From: Monocercomonoides exilis PA203
Taxonomy: Eukaryota > Protista > Preaxostyla
Assembly (NCBI GenBank): GCA_001643675.2
Contig: LSRY02000001.1
Location: 868,001 to 932,000 of the forward strand
DNA: 64,000 bases
Direction of reading: 5' to 3'
Position numbers and translations under genes: made by a program. The notes below the pieces were generated by a model. It was not told the DNA's origin. It did not search any database and saw nothing but the letters and a program-made list of their open reading frames with translations. This document shows positions 26,052 through 38,445 of the stretch, piece after piece (position 1 is the stretch's first letter; each line of letters begins with the position of its first letter).

Positions 26052-26364
26052 TTTATTCAAAAAAAAGTCGAATGGAATGTTCGCCAAGCAACTGATTCAA
26101 TGCCAAAAAGAAGAGCAGAGGATGAGAAAGATGAGGTCATGATAGTTTTGGGCTTTTAAAGTGAAAAAAGTGAAAATTTGTAAATTTCTTTTCATTTATA
26201 AAATAATTTTCTTTTTAATTTTTTAACGTTGTTTGATCAATCTATAAAAATAATTTCTATTTAGTATTATTTTCTTTTATGCAAAAATTCAAAGCAAACA
26301 GTTGTTTATCTGATGAATATCTTGTTATGCTATCATATTTTTCATCTGTGGTTTTGATAATTGT

Positions 26365-26749
26365 TCATTTTCAACAAATGTTTTAAGATCTTCAACAGCA
26401 AATTTTGAATTTCTTACCAATAACATCATAAAACAAATTTTTTACAAGAAATTGATAAATTACGTATTGTTATAATAGTTTTCATGTTTTACAAACCAGC
26501 GAACTTTTGTTTTTTTCTGTTAATCAAATTTTCGAAATTTTTTGAAAAGTTTTTTTAAGTTTTTTTCAAAATTTGTAATAAAAACAATTAAAATAAATTT
26601 AAAATCAATAAATAATAAATAATAATAATATATTTAACAATATTTTCGAATTATTATTTTGAAAAATTTACTTTTCAACCCCACCCTTAATGAAAATTTT
26701 TTATGATTAAACGTCAGAAAATATTTTGTGACATCAAAAAAAATCACCC
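26365..26749. mobile_element. MITE-like module A (~390 bp)
   Basis: Ends TGACATCAAAAAAAATCACCC|ATAT. A colinear inverted homolog lies at 54619-55000 (shared acgtc, ttatgat, accctt, cgaaaatattgtt, catgaaaac, ttgaagatc, tttgttgaaaa). Confidence 0.75.
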
Positions 26750-28036
26750 ATATGATGAAAAATCAAAGAGTAATCCTTCCGACCAGCTCCTCCACAAGCA
26801 ACATCATCTTTTTCACACGTACACTTAAAAAGTCTGTGCATATCCTTTTTTGCAATCCTGTCTTTATCCAAAGGAGTGAATGCAATTATAATTTTGTGAT
26901 TAACAATATCAAGAGAAGATTTGGGAATAATTAATTCTTCCTGCATAGGATGATAATAACCTATGTTAAAATTATATATTTGTTCCAAATAAATTTTTAG
27001 AATAATCGATAAAATTCAAACAATTTATGTACTCATCGGATTCTTTTTTTTAGTTTAATCCTCTCGCATCTGTGTGATTAGAACATTTTCTCGGTTTCTT
27101 TTTTCATCTCGAACTTTTTTGATCAAGAAGAATAAAAAAGTGTTATTGAAAATACAAAAATTAAAAATAAAAATAAAAATAATAACTGTTTACAAATCTT
27201 AACAGGGTTTTTTTTATGAAGAAAAAAACATTTGTGAGGCATCCATGAATAACAAATTAAGAAATTTTGCTAAATGCCTTATTGACATGTATTACGTCAA
27301 TGACCGGCAGTGACATGAGTGCCGTGGTATTTACACCATTAAAAAAAGATCACGACATATCCCATTGTTCATTAACTAATCGAAAATAACCAATTGAAAA
27401 TTATTAATAAAAAATAAAATAAATTCCAATGAAATAAAAAATAAATTGTGAATAAAATTCAATAATTGACTGTATTTTCTTTTTTGATGAAAAAAATATT
27501 TTTTTTTAATGATCGAAAAAATTTTTTTTTTATCCGGTCACGTCACGTCACTCCAAAAATGTTCACGTCAGAAGGCATGTGACGCAGATGTTTAATTTTT
27601 CTGTAAAAATACAGAACCTTAACGATGTTGTTGTTTCTATTCATTAGGCCTCTGCGACACGCATTTTTTGAGTGCAATTTGTCGGTCGAGAAATAATTCA
27701 TTTGTCGAAAAAATTGAAAAGATTGTTTTTTCCCTAATATTGCAATTCATGAATATATCTAACTTACCTCAACATCACTGCTTTTCTATTTTTTTTTTCT
27801 TTTTTTTAACCATTATAATAATATATTTTGTGTTTTGAAAACAAATGAGAAAATTGTGAAAAAACTGGAGAAGATATATGAAAGGAATCAAAAAGATTGT
27901 TGTTTTGTATTAAATACAATGATTTGGAATGGAAGTTTTTTAGATATCTTTGCTGCCGATGTAGATTTGATTAATAGTGATAGTTTCAACATTGTTAATT
28001 TAAATGCTCGAAGTAAAATAACTCATTCATAAGAAT

Positions 28037-28477
28037 TTATCTATTCTTCATCTTCATCTTCCATTTCACCAGTTCCTTTGCTTCCGCCCGCTTCAACACA
28101 GCCATCTTCCATTGACACTCAATTTCCATTACATACCACTTCATCACAGCATCTCGCATTACATTCCACAACTCCATCTTTCGCATCACAAATGCCTTAA
28201 CTTTTTCTTCCTCCTCCTTCTCTTCCTTTTCTTCTCCTTCCTTTTCTTCTCCTTCCTTTTCTTCTCCTTCCTTTTCTTCTCCTTCTTTCTCTCTCTCTCT
28301 TTCTCTCTTTCTTTTCTTTTCTAACACAATTCTCCCAACTCTCCTCTTCCTCCTCCACCTCTTCCTCAAATCTTCCTTCATTTGCATCTCAAACATTTCC
28401 TCAGTAAAATCTGAGGAAAATTGACTTTCGTATGCTTTCGATCGTTTTTGAGAAGAATTGTTTTTTATCTTAATCAT
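28037..28477 (-). pseudogene. Captured charged coiled-coil gene fragment inside the hAT element
   Basis: 146-aa K/R/E-rich ORF containing a 15-bp tandem repeat (ttttcttctccttcc) at about 28227-28290. Confidence 0.35.
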
Positions 28478-28974
28478 TTCTTTCGAAACAATAAAGAAAA
28501 TGCATATTTTTCTTTATCTTTTGATTTTAATTTTGTTATTATATTGTTTTCTGTGTGAATGAAAAAGAAGAAGAGAAAATATAAAAAGAAATTTCTTTAT
28601 GCATTTTTTTCTTTTTCTCGATTTTCGATTTTTTCTTCTTTTATTTCATCGTCATCATCTTTTTCCTCTTTTTCTTCCATTTGTTTCTCTTTTCCTCATA
28701 TTTGTGCTCTTTTCAAGAATCATCAACGTGTCGAAGTGCGTTTGTAAATTGCCGAAAAGACGATGTGAGAAGAGGCTTATTCGCTTTTTGCTGAAATAAC
28801 TGATCATACACTGAAACTTACGAATATTACCATTTTTATTTAAGTGTGACGAAATAAGTGTGTTGTTTTATAATATTTGATTTATTCGATTTTTTAAACA
28901 AAATTGCTATCATATGGTTTGCTGCGAGTGATATTTGTGCAAACAGATCTTATTGTTCAACGTTTGTTGTTTTT

Positions 28975-30970
28975 CTAATTTGCATTATTGTTCAAAAAAT
29001 AACTGTTTTTTTCTGTTTTTTCAACCAATCTTTTTCCAATGCAAGAATCAGAACTAACTTTCACATTAGTTCCGCACAAGATGCTCACAAAGCTCATCAA
29101 GGTTTTGCCTTCATATACGATCATCGACGAGCGGAATGCATCGTTGTCACAGGTTGGCGTCATATCGCCAGCGCATTGAGTGATTTTGAAGCAGATTATG
29201 AAGAAAGAATTTCTCGAGCAAAAGGACTTCATTGAAGTAAAGCTGATAGAATTTGATCCTTCGCGAAAGAAAAAGAAAGCAGAAGAGTCAAAAGGAGATG
29301 AAAGTGGAGCTGAGAACATTGAAGATTCAGAAGAGGACAGAAATCCAAAAGGAAAAAGTTACAAGTTTTCATCAAAAGTAAAGTGAAAAACCAAAAAGCT
29401 GGGGAAATGAAGACGAGCCAGTTGAAAGAGAAAAAACAGAGAAGAAAGAGAAGATGCCACGCAAAAGCAAAAAAAACACATCAAGTTCTGATTTTGGAGC
29501 GGACGTTGAATCTGATAAAATCAGTTCTGGAAGAATCAGAAGAAGAAGAAATGAGAGAGAAGTAGAGGATTATCGACGCATTCACAAAGGAAAAAATTCA
29601 GAAGCAGAAAACAGCAAAAGAAAATGCAAATAAGAAAGCAACTCAAAAGAAGAAGAAGAAGGGCGGGCAGATGAAAAGAACAAATTCACATTTGAAGCGA
29701 AAGAAATCGAAGAGGAAAAGAAGTTCTGATGAAGGAAGCGACGAAGATGACGATGAAGATGAAGAAGAAGAAGACGGTAATGAAGACGAAGAAGATGATG
29801 ATGGTGAGGATGAAAGCATTGATGACGACGATGAAGGAGAAGAAGACGAAGAAGACGATAAAGCAACTCTTAGAGAAGAGATTGAGAATGAAGATCTGTC
29901 AAAATCAAAATATGTTCCTTTTTTTGGTTCATCCTGGCTGGATCAGAGTTTCTAAGAGCGGAGCGACTTCTGCGAGCAGCCCAGCATCACAGAAAAGGTA
30001 CAGACGAAAGAAAGGAACCAAGATTTCAGCTTCTCCACTCTCTCTCTTTCTTTTTCCCTTCTGGTTATCGCACTCTTCGTGCAGTTGTGACACAGCGCCC
30101 ACTCTTCTTCGGAAATCGCCTGGCGAATCCGATTGAAGTTGTACCGCTGACACTGAAATTGGAGAATGTTTGTGTGAAGATGGATGCATCACTCGAAGAA
30201 CAGATCAGAACAAAAGTGAATTACATCAGACCGGCAGAGAATGGGATAGACAACGGTTTGTGCTTTTGAAGTGATTATGTTCAATGATTCATTCACATTG
30301 ACTTCTTATTTTTATTATTTTATTTTGTTTGTTTGTTTATAAATTTTATTTTTCTCCTCAGATGATCAGTCTGTCACCATCCTCTCCCGCACCCTCCATG
30401 TCTTCGTGCACAACACTCACAAAATGCTGTCTGAAAAGCCTCTTTCAATTCCTCTTGTGAAAGGCAAAGCTTCTTCGATGCAGCGCAAAGACGGCAAAAA
30501 GATGAACGTTGTCAATAACTTCCCTCCTTCTAAAGCCAAAAAAACATCTTTTGTTCGCTTTTGCTATCCGCACCCGTTTTTAACTTTGTGTTTTCTGGTT
30601 GAATTTGAGCTGCTCATTCCGATCCTTCTTCCGCGCCCGCCTGTTTCAGACGGCTCTTTTTGCTCTTCGATAGAAGGGAGATTTGAAAACGAGGCACCAA
30701 AAGTGATGATTCCTGACAAGGTGAAGAAGAAAGTGTGTGTCTGGTGGAAGGAATTCAGTCCGTTTGAGGCGAGTTCGGAGGGAGAGAGACTGCAGAGAGG
30801 AAGGAGACGAGGAAAATGGAGAAGAGAGATAGCGATGATGATGATGAGGATGAAAATCACGATGATGAAAGCGATAAAGAAGATGATGAAGACGATGATG
30901 ATGACGATAGTGAAGCATTTAGCAAGCCAAGTGAATGAAAACTTAAACGAAAGCTATCGACAAAAGCTCA
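28975..30970 (+). pseudogene. Captured, frameshifted intron-containing gene fragment inside the hAT element
   Basis: Successive + strand peptides (KEFLEQKDFIEVKLIEFD, acidic tracts, NPIEVVPLTLKLENVCVK, TLHVFVHNTHK). Intron GTTTGT near 30256 to CAG near 30361. Confidence 0.45.
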
Positions 30971-31863
30971 AACAAGAAAAGTTCTTTAACTTCATCGTCA
31001 TCTTTTCTTCTTCTTCTTCCATTCCTCCTTATCATCCTCCTTCACTACCTCATTTTACATCTTCTTCTTCTTCTTCCTCTTCTTATTCCACTTCTTCCTT
31101 CACTTCTCCTTCTTCTTCTTCCACTTTTCGCCTTCTCTCTTCTTTCAAACAATTTCTTGCCGATAAATAAGATATTTTTCATGACATCAGACTGGATAAT
31201 CGTTTCAGCAACCTTTTTTTCTTCTATCCTCTTCGGCTTCTCATGCAGCTCCATCCGCTCCTTCATCACCTTTGTTGTTTCCTAATATTCATGCCATCTC
31301 ACAAAAGCACTCCAACAGAGCGACATTTCATTCTCTGGATAATACGAAATTATCTGAACGTCGTTTAATTCACTTTATGTGTTTAGAAAATAATATTCCT
31401 TTACTTTGATATTATCACCGTTTCATGTCACAGTAAAAGAATTGCATCATAAGGTTTTGTGCAAATTTTAACTTTGAACAAAAGATTTTTGAAATTATTA
31501 GTAATAATAATAGTCTACAAATAACCACTTTATTATTTTATTGAATTCCCACAACAATCAAATGTATTTTTGAAACGATGATTAAATTTGTATAAAAATC
31601 AAAACCAAAAAGATAAAAGAGAATTGTTTAAAATACGCTAAACTCCATTTCATGTTGTTAATAATGATCAAAAAGTCTTGGCTGAACAATGCTGCATTTA
31701 AAAAAAAATTAACGAAATCATTGAACTTCAAAACAAGAAATCAATGCAAACATGATTCAAAAAATAAAAAAAAGTGAAATCTTAAAGTGAGTGATAGTCT
31801 TAAAATAAAAAAATAATAGACAATTGTTTGAAAATCATTTATTAACATTGATATCTAACAACT

Positions 31864-31927
31864 CGACTGATCTTTGTCAAACGACTGATCTTTGTCGTTC
31901 GACTGATCTCGACAAAGATCTGTCGAT
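31864..31927. repeat. Subterminal repeats of the hAT element
   Basis: CGACTGATCTTTGTC twice, CGACTGATCT, then inverted GACAAAGATC. Related TGTCGAG repeats at 32116-32160. Confidence 0.85.
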
Positions 31928-32899
31928 AACCCATTTTTATTATTCGAATTTCAGAAATAAAAAAGAAAAAATTATGATTATTCATTTCCTTATAAAATAA
32001 TTAATATTTATTGATAAAAAAACATTGAAAAAAATTTTATTTCGATTTTTTCTTGAAAAAATTAAATTTATATTTTAAATTTTTTAATAACCAAAAAATA
32101 TAAGCTCGATAAAATTGTCTGTCGAGTTGTCGAGTTGTTTTGAAAATGTCGGTCTGTCGCAGAGGCCTACTATTCATAGTGAAGTTTCGTGTATAGGAAC
32201 AGAAATTTGATCAAAACATGAAATTTTATTTCATATGTCAATTAACCAAAATGAACTTTTTAAAAATAATTAGTTATATTTTAATAAAATAAATACAAAC
32301 TCACCAATCACTTCTCGCTCATTTCACAATTGTTGAACAATGTGAGAATATTTTGGGGAGGTATTATTTTTGAGAAAATTTACAAAATGTCAAAATTTTT
32401 TTGAAAAGTGACATCAGATCAAAAATCTGACCCATAAAAGTTATTCTTTTATCATTCCGTTTCCATAATTCAAATGAAAAAAGGTAAGTTTTGCCATAGT
32501 GTTTGTTGGTTCATTGCAAACTTCTTTGTGAGAAAAAACAATTTGAAACAAAAAATAATATATCCTTTATTTTGATCAAAATTAATATTTTTGTTATTCA
32601 ATGAAAAAGGGTTTTTCATGATTAAACTGTTTTGCAATTGTTGATTCATGAAATTTTCATAGTATGTTTCGATTATTTTTTGAGAATGTTTTATCAATAA
32701 TAAGAATTCTTGTATTGTTTAAAATGGGAATTTTTCATTGCTCATAATGAACATAAATATTTCATAGAAGCTAATACAACTTGTTCAAGTCCAAATAAAC
32801 AAAATTATTGACAAAATTGATGGTTTGTGATTTGTTTGTTCTTTTATGTTAATAAAATTTTGGATTTATTTAAATTAACTATTTTGTTGCAATATTCCC

Positions 32900-34723
32900 A
32901 ATAATGCAAACGAAGCCTCCATTCAGCGCTGCCCTGTTATCTTTGCAACGTCTGCAAATGTCAGGATTGGGTGTCTCGACTTCCTCTTCGAACCATCTTT
33001 TTCGCACACGGGCAGTGCTGTTGTGTGCCACACCGATGGCCACATTTTTCTCTTCTTTGTTCATTTTGCTTCCTCTACCATTTTGTCGACCACAGAGCAA
33101 GCTGAACATCCAGCATTCCTCAACTACTCTTTGCTAGCCATCGAGAATGGCCACTTGATTGTCGATAACAGCTACGTCAAACGCCTCGCGTTCGCTCTCC
33201 CGCGTTTCTTTCTCTCCGCTGTCGACCGTATCTCCTTCGCAGAAATAAACTTTCAGCGCCTCCAGATGTCGGTTAGCGCCTTCGAGTTCCGCAAGTGCCA
33301 GAGCGCCTCGGCACACATCCTGGCAGCCGAGCATCAAGTGTTTTTGTAGGGCAGCATCCTCTGCCTCCCCTCCACAGCCGAAGAATATTTTGCCTTTTCC
33401 GGTTCATCTTTCCCAACTGAACAAACACAGGTGCCAGCGCATCCTTCGGCTCGTCTGTACTTTTTGTGTCTTCTCCATCTGAGTACATTTCCCCGAACAA
33501 TTGCAACTACATACAACGTGATCCATCCTCTGTCAGCGAATCAAAAGAACAGACACTCCAAGGAAGTTATGTGAGTGTAAGGAATGCACCCTAACTCTCG
33601 CTTATCGCGTGATTTATTGAGAGAGCTCACATAGAATGCTCTGCAATATAAACGGAGACAGCTGAGACAGCATCTCCTCTTTCATTTGTACAACACAATA
33701 GCAGCTATCAGCGATCTCACCGTGGCAAACGCATCAGATGAGCGTTGTCTGTCTCTGGAGGTGCTGTCCGCATCGAAGATGCAAAGTTTATGGGCAACGG
33801 CCCCTCTACCCGTAGCAGCCTTTCGGTCAGCAGCTATCCGTCAGCCCGCAGGAACATCGCCTACTCCGATGGGGCGTCGCTGATCGAAGAGAGTTTGAAA
33901 GAGGAAGACAATGCGAAAGACAACACCTCCCTGTGGATGCTGGACAGCAAATACACGCTTGCATGCATCCCCCGCCAGAGACAATCTCTCTTCTTTATCC
34001 CAACACTCCATTCTGCCTAAGAGGTAAAAAATGAAACAAAAAGCGAGTTCACAATCACATTCCAGTTGGAGTTTTTTATCCTGCAATTTGTCATTCCGGC
34101 TGTAAACAACCATCGAAACAGAGGTTTTGCTGAATCTGTTGGAGTTCGATGCGAAAGGGATTGTCTAGGAAAAAGAGTCCTTTGAGATAATGCGAGAGAG
34201 CATTTTTCGAGAGGCGTTAGCGGAGGCAAAGGCGTATGCGTGTCTGCTCTTTAGAAATGTTGATGCTCCCTCTGCCACTGAGTCTTTCATTCTGAAAAAC
34301 AGAAGTGCACCCAAGGCAAATGGAGATGGGAAACTTGTACAAGAAGGAAAAGAAGGGAAATCTTATTGGTTGTTGGTTGTGATTGTGCTTGTCGTGATGT
34401 TCTTGATTGTTCTCATCGTATCGATTGCTCTAGCCATTCGATGGAGAAAGCAAAAGAGAAGAACAGAAGAACTGGAAGAGATTGTGAATGACACAGTGAA
34501 GAAGGATCCGAAGTTGATTGAGATGGTGACGATGGAGATGTCACCCGAGGAGCAATGGAGAAGAGCAGAGAGAGAGGCGGAGAAGAAGAATGAAGAGAGG
34601 ATCAAGAAGAGAATATTTGATACGAATATGGAACATTCAGAGTCATCTGAGCATCTTCTTTCTGAGAGCGGATCGACTGAATACATCCTTGGAAAAGATT
34701 CAGACAAGATTCCAAAATGTTAA
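32900..34723 (+). pseudogene. Type I membrane surface-protein family pseudogene (beta-helix-like ectodomain, TM segment, conserved tail)
   Basis: 34190-34723 encodes TM WLLVVIVLVVMFLIVLIVSIALAI followed by RWRKQKRRTEELEEIVNDTVKKDPK...SESSEHLLSESGSTEYILG, a tail I recognise from an expanded Monocercomonoides family. Upstream frames are broken. Confidence 0.65.
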
Positions 34724-36559
34724 GCGAAAATACAGAAAGAAGAAGTTGAAGAATTAACTCTGAGCAAAGTTATCAGAAAAGTGGCTTCAAATCGTTTGCA
34801 TGAATATGAGTCATATAAAGACGAGAAGGAAATAAATGATATTTCGAGGATTCAATTTGGTCGAATTGATTATTTCTAGTATGCACTCTGTATCAAGCGG
34901 ACAATTATTATTGTCATCGTCACCAGATAATTCAGTCAGCTCCAATTCCCACTCTCGCAAATCAGCCTCAAAAACATCATATGCATCGATTCCACATTCA
35001 GAATCTGGCTTTTCCTTTTCCCTTCATCATCTCTCTCTTTCTTTCTCTTCTCCATCAACTCTTTCAGTTCTTCTTTCACATCATCAATGTCAAACAAAGA
35101 AAACGACATCCTGCCAACAACTTTATCTTTTTCGGAGAGTGCAACATTCAAACTGGAAAAGATGAGAACGAAAAAGAAAAAGAAAAAATGAATACAGAAG
35201 ATGAAATTGTACAGAAGCTCAAGCAAAATCCAGGCACAACGTCATAATTAAAAGATGTCAAACACCATATAGAAATGACAGAAGTTAGTGAAGAGAAAAT
35301 AATCCTCGAATTTCTCTGCAATCAGCTCGCATTCAGTCTTTTTCGGAGCATTTTTATGTGCATCTACCAATATGAAGCATAAAGTCGAAGCAATCGAGAA
35401 GCAGAAAGCAATGGAGTGAGTGATGTTGAATTAGCTGCTCAGCATGCTTTTATATCTCATTCACTCCACTTCGCAACCGCAAGCAATTCACTTTCAGGCA
35501 CTGCATCGGGCTTGTCGTTCTCACTCCAACTGCTGCTGGCTACCCTGCACTAATAGCTCCTCAATTATTACAGAAGGAGACAAGCGCACACTTTTCGAAA
35601 GTGGAACAATAAAAAGAGGTGTGCGAAGTTGGCGAGGAGGATAGAGGCGATGACATGGATGGAGTGGAAGATGAAGAATGAAAAAATGATAACTAACTTG
35701 AGCATGGTCTCAAGCTTTAACAAAAGCTGGAAAAGCCCTCTTGCATGCTGCAATGCACACAACATCAGCTGTGTTCAGTGTAGACACTGAAGAAAATGTC
35801 ATTCAATCTCACTTAACGTGATTTTGTTAACTCACTCTTCTGAAGTCATTGAAGATAAACCATCTAAACATCTTACATATAAAGAAGACCTTACAAAAAA
35901 AATTGCAGAATAAAAATAAAAGAGAAGACGAACATTTCGATAAACTTTCAGAAGCGCACTCCACAGAGGGAACAACCTGAAGGAAAATATACAAGACGAT
36001 TATCAGACTCTCGTCAAACACGCTTTAAGCACATTATGAAACTTCTTCTGCAAAATCCGTTTTTTTGTCTATCCCTTCATCTGCGACGTTTGCTGCTTCT
36101 TCGTCAAGAGATTCTTCTTCTTCTATATTTCTCACATTTTATTTGAAATCTGTTAAAAGAAGACAACGTATTCTAAGATTAATAAAATGTTTGTTTCGCT
36201 CGACAAGTTCATAAAAAGAAAACGAAGGCAATAATAAACAAAAAATGGAAGATGAAAGAGGGTAATGGACAGAGCGGAAGCAAGTGTCGAAGAAAAAGAA
36301 AGTGCATTTCAAAAGAAAATAGAGATAATTAGAATTAAAGAGATAGAAGAAAAGGAAAAAATGATAAAAAGACTTATTTGATGATTATAATATTGCCGAT
36401 GAAAATATGGTCGGAGAAATCTAAGGATCGATCAAGCCAAATGCAGACTCAAATGACAGCAACATGTTATTAATTGCCGTCACCATCTCACTCGAAACCT
36501 ATTTGTGCTGTGTTGAAAAAGCATATACATATGATGCATGACAAGATTTAGACTCCTCC

Positions 36560-37420
36560 TCCCTCCCTCTGTTGTGCCATCTCCTTGTGAAACTGCGTCA
36601 CTTGCTGCCCATCCTCCAGTGGCAGCCCAAAGCGGATCGCCCTTTCCACCTCGTTCTACACAACTGCAGCTCCACTAGCTCCACAACCAGCCGCACTATC
36701 CACAACAGCGCCAACTGCCCTTCTTTCATTTCCACCACCAACTTCTCAGCCTCCACTCGGCTTCAACCCTGCACCTACTCCTGTCCCTGCCCCCGCCGAC
36801 ACCCCAAAACAGCCCACACCCGGTTGTCCAGCACCGGTTTCAGCAGCACCAGGTGCAGGCTAACCGTCTTCACAACAGCGATATTCTCTGGCAGGAATAG
36901 AGGAGATCTTCAGTTGGCTGCATCACACATATTCAATAGCCACAGGCACAGCTCGAAGAATTTATCGAGCTGGCACACCTAATGCTCCGAAGCAAACGGT
37001 GGCAGACGGCACCTCGATAGATGGGATGCGCCTCAGAAGAATTGTTGCAACAGCGCATAAGGTATCTGGGATAGCACATACACAGAATAGACTCCAGCTC
37101 TGGATTCGTGACTCACCTGATATCGTAGACTAAGACGAAGACGAAGACGAAGAAGTCGATGGATTGACACTGCATATAGCATTATACAGCGCCTTCATCG
37201 CCTCCTTCCGCTTCGCTGCCTCTGCCTAGTAGTAGTTTAGCAGAAACCTCAGAGACACAGACGCATCGGCCTCCACCTTCTCCGACTGTATCCCCTCAAA
37301 CAACCAAAAAACATCTGATCTTTTTCTCCAACTCCATTTCAGGTACCATGTTGCAGTACAGGAAGAACGATACCATCAGGAAGTTCTTTCTCTCCTCCAT
37401 CAGCTTCTGCACCGCGTGCT
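36560..37420 (-). pseudogene. Degenerate gene-family fragment, direct-orientation homolog of 61790-62630
   Basis: Shared minus-strand peptides (S)EK.EADASV..RFL.N...AEAAK.KE.MK.LY, LRA.PVA.E and AL.WIVRL.VE.V.L. Stops are present. Confidence 0.65.
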
Positions 37421-37628
37421 TCTCCCACAGCCACATGTACACAAAGTCCCCAAACTCCTGCCTCAGCACCGCCGTCACCATCCACACAAGACTGCCCCCA
37501 CCCAGATCTGCTGAGTTCTTGTCTCCACATATCCACCACAGATCGTCAACAGCTTCCACACAAACAACGGCTGCAGCCCAGTATTAAGCGGTGTTAGCAG
37601 CCGCTGCATCGGCACAGACGACCGCTGC

Positions 37629-38445
37629 GTGAACAGCATCCAAAACACATGCACAGTTTCATACGTCATCTTCCCCAGCGATCCAGACACTGTGCTCATT
37701 GAAGCTGCACAGTCTCTTCAAACTCCGCCTTCATTTTCTTCTGCTCCTACACATTCAGCAGCGCTATCAGTATCTTCATTTCACTCATCCAAGGCGCCTT
37801 TCTCACCCTCCTTACCTCAACATTTGTTCCAACTCAAACACTCAATTTCAGCGTAGTTGACTCTAAAATCACCGTGAATGGTGCAGATACCACCACTATC
37901 GCCTCCACCGGTATTCCTCAACAATCATCTTCTTCTTCTTTTTCATTTCCTTCATCAACATCTTCTTCACCAGATCCTTCTGCCTCGTCTGCCCTCTTCC
38001 AACAAACACGGGGCTTCCTCACAGCCTCTTCCCTCGCCATCGCTCTCAACTCCTCAAATCCCATCCCCCCCATCCTCTTCCACCTCTCCGATAACTCCCC
38101 TTCCCTCAACCTCAACACAAACACCATCACCGGAACAACCCCATCTTCATCATCCATCACAACCCCTCTCTTCTTCCTCACTGCTGGCTCCCTCGCCCTC
38201 AACCACACAGCAATCACCAGTCTCGCCCTCAACAGCCAGAGCATCTTTTACCTCACCTTCCTCACAGCTCCCCTCACACTCAACTCCTCCAACATCACCC
38301 ACATCACCTCCACTGCCACCCCCGCCAGCTGTGTCCTCTCCTCTGCCACCTCCCCTGCCCTCTCCCTCTCCCTCGCCAACTGCACCATCACCAACATCAA
38401 GTCAGCTCCACAAAACTATCAGACTGCGACCAATGGTGGGTACAT
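37629..38445 (+). pseudogene. Fragment of Ser/Thr-rich beta-helix-type surface protein
   Basis: PLFFLTAGSLALNHTAITSLALNSQSIF...LSLSLANCTITNIKS...NGG. Strong C bias at codon third positions; truncated. Confidence 0.5.

Larger units (their letters stand above)
27645..32169. mobile_element. Non-autonomous hAT element carrying host-like gene fragments (Pack-hAT candidate), 4525 bp
   Basis: Perfect 15-bp TIR TAGGCCTCTGCGACA (27645-27659) / TGTCGCAGAGGCCTA (32155-32169). Perfect 8-bp TSD CTATTCAT (27637-27644, 32170-32177). Subterminal TGTCG/CGACTGATCT repeats and no intact transposase. Confidence 0.9.

Noticed and set aside
25041-26060. Calling the 1-kb palindrome a classical Mutator/Foldback insertion
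   Set aside because: No target-site duplication flanks the arms (taacatagg versus tttattcaa), so the superfamily cannot be assigned.
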